This document shows positions 25,272 to 35,231 of a stretch of DNA of 64,000 nt, in pieces (within the stretch, counting starts at the first letter, position 1; the number at the start of each line of letters is the position of its first letter). The notes beneath the pieces are model-generated. The model saw only the letters and a list, made by a program, of their open reading frames with translations, was not told the origin of the DNA and searched no databases. The translations under genes and the position numbers were made by a program. Source of the DNA: Bilabrum cf. latius (Eukaryota); NCBI GenBank assembly GCA_965178125.1, contig OZ237735.1:2604001-2668000 (forward strand). The letters are read 5' to 3'.

Positions 25272-26741
25272 ATGGCAATCAGCCGCAGTATTTCAAGCAA
25301 AGATGTGTATTTCGAAGCGTAGGAGCAGGCCCTGTGTGGCCTACACGCGCTCAATGGGCTCTTGCAATTCGACCTTGGAGATCACTTCACAAAAGCTGAG
25401 CTCGACTAGTACGCTGACGCGCTGGCAGAGAGCGACCCTGAAGAACGAGGGTGTTTTGGAGCTTTACTCAGCTACATATGTTGCTGTTGCGTGTGCTCAA
25501 ACTTTCGGAACTCCATGGGTGACTACGATGTCACGGTTCTGTGCATGGCGCTGGCGGACCGCGGACTTGACCTGACCTGGTGGGATCGCCGCAAGAGGGC
25601 GTCTGCGATCGATTTCGACTAGGAGGGCCTAATTGGAATGCTAGTCAACGGTGAATCCCACTCGATGTTTGCCTCGTTAGCGTCAGGAAGGCACTGGTTT
25701 GCCATCCGCAGGATCGGCGACTCTTTCTGGAACCTGGACAGCACGAATGAAAGGCCGAAGCACTTCTTCGACGTCGGGGAGCTCAAAACCGAGCTGCAGA
25801 CAGTGCAGGACGAGGAAGGGCAGATCATCTTAGTCAGAGTGAAGAAGCCAAGCGAGCAGGAGCGGGACGAGGGGCAAGCGAAGGGCGGAGGCGGGGCCGG
25901 TGGCAGCCACGGCAGCAGCAATGGCGGGCCAACCAAGCAGGCTGCACTCGGGGAGAGCGCGCAGGCCCGCGATGATTCCAATGGAAGTCAGTCCAATGGA
26001 ACTGCCGCACTTCAAGGGGGTCTGAACCGGGACGGCGCTGCCGGTGGGCGATCAAGCGCGATGATGTGCGAAACGGACGGCACGGGCAGCACAAGCAGCG
26101 GCGAGTCCGGAGCCGCGGTCCAGAGGGGGGTCTCGGCACACTCGTCACACCTGACAGGCAGATCGATGTTGATGCGCGGTGACGGGGGCAGCAGATTGGG
26201 GACGAGTTCTGGCGCGGGTCAGGGAACCTCCTCCTTGTCGCAGGGTGCTGGTACTGGCGCCAGCGCCAGCGGGGGTGCAGCGGGCAGGGGCAGCGGCCGG
26301 GCGAGGGCGTGGGATTAGAATCGAAGCACCGCTGCCAGCGGGGCCGCTTCCTCGTATGCCGGGATGGAGTCCCAGGACAACCCCGTGGCGATGGCGAGCA
26401 TGAGGTCCGGCGGTGGCTCGGCGTCCGTGCGCTCGGTGCGCTCGGAGGAGAGCGGTGTCAACGCAGGCGAGCACGGAGCAGGTGCTCGCACTCGCGCCGG
26501 TGCTGCCGGCTCCCTGCCGCCTCCCCCGCCACCTGGAGGACCCGTGGTATCGGCACAGGGGTCCAGGGCCAGGAGCGCCTCCTCGTTTCCGAGCACAAAG
26601 GCGGCCGCTGGAGCGGGTACAGCCAGCGGGGCCGGAGACGGGGCAGCAGCTCTTGTCGTGGCCGCCAACCCGGCCGCCGTCGGGCAGGTGGCGGTGCGAC
26701 AGGGCCGTTCTGTGAGCAATGCGGTCGTTTCCAGGCGGTGA
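25272..26741 (+). CDS. Josephin-domain (MJD family) deubiquitinase with long Gly/Ser/Ala-rich tail
   Basis: ATG 25272; VYFEA(TAG)EQALCGLHALNGLLQ, GDYDVTVLCMAL, WWDRRK, RHWFAIRRIGDSFWNLDS give the Cys-His-Asn triad. In-frame TAG at 25320, 25407, 25620, 26316; TGA 26739-26741. Confidence 0.9.
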
Positions 26742-26915
26742 TGCGCGCTGCCATATGCTCATGGGCTTGTGGCGCAGAGCCAAGCTGTAGTCTTTGGCGC
26801 TCGCTCCGTGGAGCGGGCCGTGACGACGACAGCTTGAGCGTATTCGCATTTTTATACTTCGTGTCATATTCCTCTGTAAATCTGGCCACGACTTTGCATC
26901 AACACAGTAGCAGTG

Positions 26916-27914
26916 ATGGAGTTTCTTGATCTATTCTCATCCGTGCCTGCCGTTGTGGGTGGTGAGCATGAGTAGGCTTCGGGAACCGCAGCAACTAGCT
27001 CGAGCTCGAGTGCTGCCACTGCTAGAGATTCGTCGAGGTCAGCCCCAATGGAAAATGAAGAAGACGATTCGTGGATGCATGGTGCTTTCACTGTTTCGCA
27101 TGATGATGCCGCTGCAGGCGCCGAGGCGCTGGAGCGTCTCGTCGGTGCTGCAGGTTTAGGCGACGTCAACAGGGTGGCAGAGAGCGCTCGCCGCGCCCGC
27201 GCAAAGCAAGCAAGCGGGAGCTATGATGAAACTGCAATAGACACTGCTGTGGGCGTGATAGATCTCGGGGATGGAACAGGGTTGCAGCTTTCTCCAGCGT
27301 GGGCAGCGAGGTTCGCTGCATCGCAGGAACGCAGGCGATTGCGTCGAGCAGGAGAGCGCCGAGCAGAATCACGATCGTAGCAAGCTCTAGATAAGGAAGA
27401 GTTTGTGAAGGAGCAGGGTGCTGAGAGGAATGTTCCACCGGGGTGCACAGAATCGAACCGGGGCTCTCGAGGCGACTCCCACAGCGGCATTACTGGGAGC
27501 GCCCCGGTGTCTATGGGCCCCGGGTCTAATCGAACGGGTTCATCCTCATCGGTATAGCACGAGCACGTCCGGTCGAGGGGCGAGAAACGAGCCCGGGAGC
27601 CGGTCCCATTCGACGAGCGAGCCATGGCCGACCGGGAGGAGGAAGCCCGGCAGCAGGAGACACGAGCACGACAGCACGGGCCGCAGACCGGCGGGTCCGT
27701 TGCCAGCAGCGGTGCCAGTAGCGGTGCTGCCAAGATGTCGGACGGGGAGCCACAGGACTCGGAGCAGCAGCCGACGGGGAGAGGAGAGGGTGCCATCGCG
27801 GAGCACGGCGTGGCAGGGCAGATGGGACTGTCCTCGTACGAGCTCGTGCGATAGCGGTCTAGGATATAGCGGGAACACGCCAAGAAGCCTAGAGTGGAAT
27901 AGGCGTCGACTTGA
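26916..27914 (+). CDS. Hypothetical low-complexity protein
   Basis: One frame from ATG 26916 to TGA 27912-27914 with 6 in-frame TAGs, joining ORFs 27048-27380 and 27624-27854. No family recognised. Confidence 0.55.
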
Positions 27915-28018
27915 ACCGCTCGCCAAGCACGCGGCTGCGCGGCAGTTCCTTGTGCCGCTGCTCCGAATCCGGCCGGGTGCCGACAGCAACTTGCACCAAA
28001 GCACGCCAGCAAGGACGG

Positions 28019-29668
28019 ATGCCGAAGCGCAGGGCGGGCAGAACGAAGCCCCTAAAGGCTATCATGAAGCAAGGTGTAAAGTCACTTAAACATGCGCGTG
28101 TACTGACTTCCCGGTTCCACGAGTTGCTGCAGCTCAAGGCTGCTGCGGAAGCCGACCGAACAATGAAGCCGAAAGAGAAGGCCATAGCAGTCCAAGAGAT
28201 ACAGTAGAAAATAGACGCGATGGGTGGCCTGGACAAGTACTAGTAGGCCTCTGTTGCAGCAACTGCTGCGTTCAAGACAAGCAAATTTGTGTTCTAGCAA
28301 CTTACAAGGCTCGGCTTGCGCGGCTCCAAAGGGCAAGAGCCTCCTCCAGGTCTGGAAATAGGTGCTGTAAACACTCAATTGTGCACCTGCCCGTGGTTAA
28401 AAGTTAGATCGATAGACATGAATTCGTAGGATCGGCGGATCGAGCAGCTGAACTTCTTTGAGGTCCCGGTCCCGCCTCGCACCGGAAAGCGGTTGGCTTT
28501 TGTTGTGAATGCTATGGTCATTAACTGTGTCCCATCTCCACTATAGCGCGGTGAAATGCTGTCCAGATGCCGCGAGCTGCTGGTGCCGGGCGGCCTCATG
28601 TTTCTGATGCTGCCTAGGAGGTGCCTGGTGGCCTCGCCGTGGATGACACCCAAGGTGTTCGAGCTGGCCCTGGCGGCAGCGGGTTTCAGAAAGGTCTTGG
28701 TCAGACGAGACACTCCCAAAATTTGCATGCTGCTGCTGCAGCGCGACTGCGCAACGGGCGCCCCGGTCGGGCCGCCAGCTGCAGCAGCAGCAGCAGCAGC
28801 AGCAGCTGGAGGTGATGCCATAGCCAGCGCCAGCGGTGACGTCGACGGACAATCTCCGCCGACTGCCAAGAAGGCAAGAGTATCGCACGGCACGGTGCTG
28901 GCCAGCCAGCCTGTTTCAACCGATGGTGCTGGTGCTGGTGCTGCTCCGGGCTTGTCAACGTCAGTGACAAAGCTGTCGGGCAGTTCGTCTCGAGGAGGTG
29001 CGGAAGAGGAGACCCCTAGGCCCTGGTGGGCAGCGGAACCCCCTTGCGCCTGGAGAAAGCGCTTTGCTACGCCTTCAAGTCAGCCCGGGGTGGGTGGAAG
29101 CCAACGCAGTGCGGTGAAAGCCAAAGGGAAGGATTCGGCTGTTTGGCAACTAGAGGGCACCTAGGGCCCGGGCACGGCAGGCATACAGAGCAGCCAAGTC
29201 CTGGGTGGTGCAGATGGACCTGCGTCAGAGCCCCCTAACCACCTGCCCTCCGCGGCATCAATGGCAGGCAGCTCAGCGAGCAGTATCTCGGCATCGAGCA
29301 GTAGCTCTAGCTCCACGCCGTCTTTGTCGCCGTCCGCCGCGGCTGGTTCGGCCGGGACATCCCGCAAGCGGCGCCGGGCACAAGACGGGAGCGCGGTTCT
29401 GGGTGAAGAATCCGTTCCAGATCGGTCGGGACCCCTGTGGTGGGAGGAGCGGCTGCTAGCAATGGCAAAGGGCGAGCATCCCGAGGGCTAGCACGAGCAA
29501 GTGCTTCCTGCTGTGCCCGGCAAGGATGCCAGGCGGCTCTTCAGCGACCCCCCTGCGGTAGTAGGCTCTGGAATCAAAGGCGCTGGGGACACTGCAAAGT
29601 TTGGTATCAGCTTCTACCGCCAAACCATGTCGTCCAGCGGAGCGATCGGGCAGAGAACGAAGGGTTGA
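28019..29668 (+). CDS. BMT2: Bmt2-like 25S rRNA (adenine-N1) methyltransferase
   Basis: RFHELL, MGGLDKY(TAG)(TAG)AS, LEIGAVN, IDMNS(TAG)DRRIEQLNFF, MVINCVP...RGEML, LMFLMLPRRC resemble Bmt2 motifs. Eight in-frame TAGs; TGA 29666-29668. Confidence 0.8.
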
Positions 29669-30070
29669 CACTGTTCCTTGCCGTTTGCATCCGCACAGCT
29701 GTCGTAAACCAAACTCCAGTCAGTCATGTTTACTGCGTTAAAAAAGTTATTTGTTCCATGTTTATGGCGCTTTGTGCGCGCACGTCGGATTCGGCCATGT
29801 TTGGTGAGGAAAAATTGAAGGCCTTCATCATCGGGGCTTCCCAGCTGGTCACCCACGCTAGTACTGGCCCGACTGGTGATTGCTTAGCTTCTGAGGTCGG
29901 CAGGGCTCAGGCGGGTCCAATCACATATGAACGAAGACAATCACCGGAGGGCATTATAATATACATTCACTCAAATGTCTCTTTTGAAAAATAGACTGCC
30001 AAGGTAGTTTCCTGCGACCGTTTTAAGTTCATGCTGTCAAACTACTCGTATTAGCACCTGGTACATCCAT

Positions 30071-31637
30071 TCAATCGGTCTTCACCGCTGCCTGCGCCAT
30101 TTTCAGAGCCCCCTCGAATGTCTTGTTCCCGCCGATGAACCCGCCGGCATGGCAGAAGACGGCCCCCTCGATCCCGATGAGCTTGGCCAAGTCCTCGTCC
30201 CGCTGGCCCCTCCACGCCGCTGGCAGCAGCTTGCGGCTGGCGAAGCCCGTCCGGGCCTCGGGGACGCACTGGATCCTCCAGCCCCCGCTAGTGTCTGGGT
30301 ACAGGGCATACAGGGCCTTGGGCTGGGCCGCAGCACCGGCCGATCCCCCGCTCGGCGTCGCGCGCCTCTCGTCCTCCTCCTCGATGTCGAAAAGGTGGGA
30401 CTTCCAAGGTGCCCGCCGCGCCAGTTTGACCACCCTCCCCTCGCACCCGGGGCAGTCCTCCTCCCTGCTGCCGTAGGCCGCCTCCACCACTGCGCGGGCG
30501 GGGAGCCACTCCACCGCCAGGCCGCGCACCTGCTCGAAGAACTCGCAGAGAGCGACCTCCATGCCCTGCGCGAAGCGAGCGTTCTCCACCTCTGGTCCCG
30601 CCTCTTCCTGCCAGCCCGGGTTGAAGCGGCCCACGCGCGCCGCCAAGCCGGAAGTAACACCGTACACGAGGTGCGTCCGGCCCTCTAGAGAGACGACCCC
30701 CTCGCTCCTGCCCTCGCCCTCGCCCTCGCCCTCGCCACCCGCCTCCTCCGCGGCCTTGGGGCCCATGTGCATGATGTCCACGCCGTTGTCGATCGCATCC
30801 ACCTCACGGATCAGCCCGGCGTACACGCGGTCGAAGATCGCGTCCACGTCGGAGGGCGTGTACTTGAAGCTGCCCGCCGCCGCGGCTTGTGCGCCTCCCG
30901 TTGCTTTCGAGCCGTCCGCGCCCGCATCCACGCCAAGCATTTCACTGATAATTTGCTTGCCGTGGTGCAAGTACACAAGGCCCGCGGAGCTCATTTTCAC
31001 CGGTAGGGAGCCCTTCCTCTAGAGTATGGACGGCAGAGGGAAGGTCTCCTTGAACGTGCGCTAGTGATGGTCGTAACGCATGCGAGAGGCGTCGTACTCG
31101 CCTCCAACATCCACAACGGCTGTAGCCTTTGGAAAGACAGCGCCGTTGCGAGTGCGCACGATGACTGCAAGCAATAGCCAAGGTGAGGAAGGGAGTAGAG
31201 AGCTCTTGCTCGTTATTATTTCGTATGCTGGCGGAATTAGCGGGCTCCACAAACTTACTAGCATCTTTGAATTCTGGAAGTACCTTCAGAATAGCACAAG
31301 CAAGGGATTCGTCGCAATGAAAGTGCCCAGAGTGAGTGCAGAGAACGGGACCCTCGTGACCGTCAGGAATCTCGCTCAAGACAGGAGTTGCCCTAATCGT
31401 TTCCAGCACAGTCTTAATATCCACACCTTTCGATGCAATAGCGCCTGTATGAGACGGGACTATGCTTGTGGAAGCCGAGCCCGCCATCGCACCCTCCTCT
31501 GATCTTCGTCGCTTGAGATCGTTTCCCAGCGCACTCGAGCCTGCTGAAGCCATACAGATGCCTCGGTGGCGACAAGAATATGAGAGCAGTCGAGAACTGT
31601 TCTTAAGTACGCCTGCACGCAGGTGCCTTGCTATCAT
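30071..31637 (-). CDS. MYG1: MYG1 exonuclease (UPF0160)
   Basis: THSGHFHCDESLAC, VVDVGGEYD..RYDHH(TAG)R, KMSSAGLVY.HHG, EVDAIDNG, FCHAGGFIGGN. Intron 31258-31165 (GTAAGT..TGCAG); TAG at 31061 and 31019; TGA at 30071. Alternative ATG at 31553. Confidence 0.92.
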
Positions 31638-31712
31638 GCGGTGTGGACCGGCACAGCGATTCTGCCTCCTGGCTTTGGCTCCGGATGGATCATCGATCGT
31701 GGTGCCCTGTGG

Positions 31713-32170
31713 TACTTACCAGGTCACCACGGAGACCTGCACGATACCCCGTCCCCGGCCCATCCCCGGCCCATCCCCCGGACCACGTTTCTGGAGCCGG
31801 GGTCCGGGTTGTGGGCCGGTGGGTGGGCCGGGGGTAACCGTGGAGGTGTGTCACCGTGACTTTGCAGGCTACTAGTAGAACGGGCCCCGGTCCTGCCCTC
31901 TGCGGTCATATATGGGAGCTTGTGCACGCTATGGGGTGTAACACATGCGCCCATCGTCAAGGTGAAAGGAGACCTCAGGCCAGAGCATCGGGTACTACTT
32001 AGTAGGGCGCATGTGGACTTGTTGGCATTGAGACGATACTCCGTACTATCGCCAGTATTACGCCATTAGGCATCATTCTCTTTGCATGCTCCCTGTGTGA
32101 GCTCTGTGGGATCATCGGACCCGCCGGGTCCCGCCCGACTAAAACCGGATCCTGCAGCTGCTGGTGCGTG
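31713..32170 (+). ncRNA. Candidate structured non-coding RNA (closing helix plus two long hairpins), class unknown
   Basis: Nested complementarity found by eye: 31717-31722/32161-32166, 31753-31784/31801-31834, 31863-31868/32151-32156, 31881-31890/32124-32133, 31907-31919/32088-32099, and a perfect 11 bp 31942-31952/32005-32015. Many G-U pairs on the + strand. Confidence 0.35.
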
Positions 32171-32251
32171 ACACCTTGGCTCTTATCAGACACATCGAAC
32201 CAAAAGGTCGTTTCAGACCGATCTATACAGAGGTTTTGTATTTCAAGGTCA

Positions 32252-33726
32252 ATGAAGAGCTCAATTCATCTTGCTTTCGCGGCAGCAGCGTGCTTTGCAG
32301 TCGTCGCTCATGCATCAAAGACTTCCGTCAGTATATGTGGAAGTGGGACGCAATGGTGCGTGAATGGGCAATAGACGAATAGAGGTATGGTATTTTATTC
32401 CTTCATGCGTCCGTGGCTGCTGGTAGATCTCGCTGGAAAGCAGATATCTGTGTCAGTTGCAGTTGACGAGCTTCGCATCGCAGGATCCCAGGCAGAAGGA
32501 CTTTTAATCAACAGTCGAATGATCCAAGGCATTTTCGACGATGAGAACTCCACTACTGTTGATATGTGGAAGTACCCTGACACTGGCCGGTAAGGTGCAT
32601 CGAGCGCCGTTGGACTGTCAGTATTGGGGATCCACGAGTAGATGCATTGTTTCGCCTTCGTAGCCACAAAACAAGCATTGCAGGTGGGATCCAGCGCGTA
32701 ATACGAATGAGTTCGTCGGCAATATCTCCCAGTGGGTGTTTAAGGGGCTCAACGGCTTCACAGTCGGCATGCAGGGTGGCGGGCCAATTGGCGGCCATTT
32801 CGGGGACAAGCAGCCCTTTATCGTCACTGCCTACAACCCCGACGGCAGCCTTAAACTGTCCTGGAAGGATCGCATCACGCAGATCCTGCGCGCGGCAGAC
32901 GACGCCGGCGCGGTCGTGATCGTGCAGTGCTTCTACCACGCGCAGACGAGGCGGCTTGCCGGTGACATCCCAGTGTAGAAGGCCATCAACGAGACGGTTG
33001 ACCTGATCGTTTCAGGGGGATGGACCAACGCAGTGCTGGAGGTGCTCAAGTAAGAGAATCGTGAAGGCATACACAAGAGAAAACAGACATGGTTCGAGTG
33101 TGCACATTGCCCCGCTAGCAACCTAGCCCTAACCCCAGTGTCGTGCCTCCGAGTCTTGCTTTCGCCCACAGCAGCCAGCTGCCTTCGCCGAACTATCCCC
33201 TTCATAGTTCTATGCCCCGGTTTTCAGCTGAAGTGCTTCGCATCCCATCTACCGCAGCGAGGTCAACGTGGGCACCCAGGACAACCCGCCCTACCTGCAG
33301 CCAGACGTGATCCAGGTCGCCATCGCGCAGGCCCAGGCGAGGGGTAAAGGGCAGCTGCTCGTGTCCAGCTCGTGGGTGGGCAAGGTGCCAACGGAGGCTA
33401 GTGTGGCGCAGGAAGACTTCATTCTCTTGCACTGCAATGGAATGAAGCCCGGCGACATCGGGCCCTACTTGCATAAGATCAGGAACATGTCTGCGTATGC
33501 CAACAAGCCCAAACCCATCGTCTTCAACGAGTGCTCCGTCGACCTGGGCGTATTTGAACAGGCGGTGCAGCACGGCGCCGGGTGGGGCTACTATGACCAG
33601 GGCAAGAGCGACTACAACGACGGGTACCAGTCCCCGCCCACGTCCTGGCTGGACCGTGGGACGAGCAGCAAGGAGGGGTTCTTCGCGATGGTGCAGAACC
33701 TGACGAGCGCTGGGTATGGGCACTGA
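32252..33726 (+). CDS. Secreted protein resembling an uncharacterised bacterial TIM-barrel glycoside-hydrolase-like family
   Basis: Signal peptide MKSSIHLAFAAAACFAVVAHA. Three frame-preserving GT-AG introns (32385-32483, 32590-32683, 33050-33257). Motifs EGLLINSRMIQGIFDD, WKYPDTGRWDPARNTNEF, MQGGGP, EVLNE, PIVFNE, WGYYD, GYQSPP. TAG at 32372 and 32976; TGA 33724-33726. Confidence 0.7.
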
Positions 33727-34100
33727 AATAGATGCGCAAATATTCGATGTCGACTTAGACACGCAATCATAGTGTGGCATTCATTGCAGGCGTAGGAGAG
33801 CCGAACCATCTTGTTCGAAATGGGTTGCGTGCAGTTTGGAAGGTCGCACGGGAGTATCTCGTCCTCGGACCATCTGAGCGTCTTCGAGATGGCAGTGAGG
33901 TGATCTGGATTATTGTAGCCCGCTTTTATTCGTTGACGGGCTTTGACTGCTTCGCGGATGCAATCTGGAGGCCTTTTGATCAGCTGGGCCACCTCCCAGT
34001 GCCGGATCTAGTGGTGCTTATCCTGCTCTAAAATATGCCAGAGCAGACATACATGCCGAGATTTTGAAGATTAACACATAAATGGCATCTTTTCTAACCA

Positions 34101-35090
34101 ATGCCGCAGTCTGCATCGACTAGGTCATCTGCAATGCGGGAATTCCGCGACATCACTCAGGCGAGTGACAGACAAGCTCGTAGGATGCTGGAAGAGTCTT
34201 CTTGGAGCGTTGCAGGGGCAACAAACAATTGGTTCTCTAGAGGAATGGTTCCAGAAGGGTGAGCAGCAACCCACGGCTTCTCAGATTGTGTGGGATATGC
34301 AAGCGACCACCAGTGCTCGCTACACTCGTGTTCTCGCATGTTTCGCAGGGGTAAAACGGTCGACGTAGCAGCAGTTCGCAAGTCCTACGACAAGTACGCA
34401 AGTTAGTTCACCTGTACGTACTACTTTGGCTCTCTTGCTACGCTGTACCCCTCTCCACGCTGCGACACCCTAGCTCGCTTTTGATTTGCAGCAACCGTTG
34501 TTGAGACTGTGGTCGGCGAAGAAACCCAGCGCGCCACGATTATGTCAGAGGATGGCTTCGAAGCATTCTGCGCGGACGTCGGCGTGGATCCCTTCGAGGA
34601 CGCGTTTGCGCTGCAGATTCTGCAAGCGATGAACGCCGAGGACGCCTCCAACATCAGCTTCGACCAGTATCGCCGGGGCATGGTGAGCATGCAGGCCACG
34701 GACGCAGCTTCGCTCAAGGCCCGTCGCAAGACTCTCGAGCGGGAGGTCCGCGCGGACCGGAAGGCCTTCTTGAAGCTGTGGGCGCACGCCTTCAAGGCCA
34801 ACAGGGAAACTGGCATGCGGGTGGTCACCGTGGATGTCATTAAAGCCCTGCTGGACATGTTTACGCCCGACTGGAAAATGAAGGAGGAATTCGAGGCCTT
34901 CTTGGACACCAAGAAGGTTGTCTCGCTGGACACGTGGAAGCAGCTGCTCCGCTTCCAGAACGAGGTCAAGCAGGACCTCACCGGGTACGAGGACGACATG
35001 TCCTGGCCCTCCACCATCGACGAGTTCGTGGCATTCGTGCAGAAGCGCAGGTCGGGAGGGGCTGCAGCGGGCGGTGCGGGGGGCACATGA
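34101..35090 (+). CDS. DCN1: DCN1-like cullin neddylation E3 (UBA-like plus PONY domain)
   Basis: FRDITQASDRQARRMLEESSWSV is UBA-like. Introns 34259-34348 and 34402-34491 keep frame. DGFEAFCADVGVDP, VSLDTWKQLLRF, YEDDMSWPSTIDEFV; TGA 35088-35090; no TAG. Confidence 0.85.
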
Positions 35091-35231
35091 TAGTAGACGC
35101 CTGGGACCTCTTCGTGACGTGCGCGGCAGACACGCACAACGCACGCACTCTCTACGCGAGCAGCATACGCATTCAGTTGTCTGTCACCCATTCAACGCAT
35201 CACAGAGCACCCTTCGTTGCCCACCCGTCGC

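Noticed and set aside
29874-29947. Intergenic stem CTGGTGATTG/CAATCACCGG
   Set aside because: A single 10-bp helix with no recognisable RNA family motif; insufficient support.
31712-31723. U1 snRNA-like 5' end (GTACTTACCAGG)
   Set aside because: Mismatch to ATACTTACCTG, and no U1 loop motifs or Sm site downstream.
33121-33136. Telomere-like CCCTAACCC
   Set aside because: Only one to two degenerate units inside an intron.
33790-34160. Several short hairpins and a GGAAGGTC motif suggesting RNase P RNA
   Set aside because: The possible pairing partner falls inside the DCN1 coding exon, and the stems are short enough to arise by chance.
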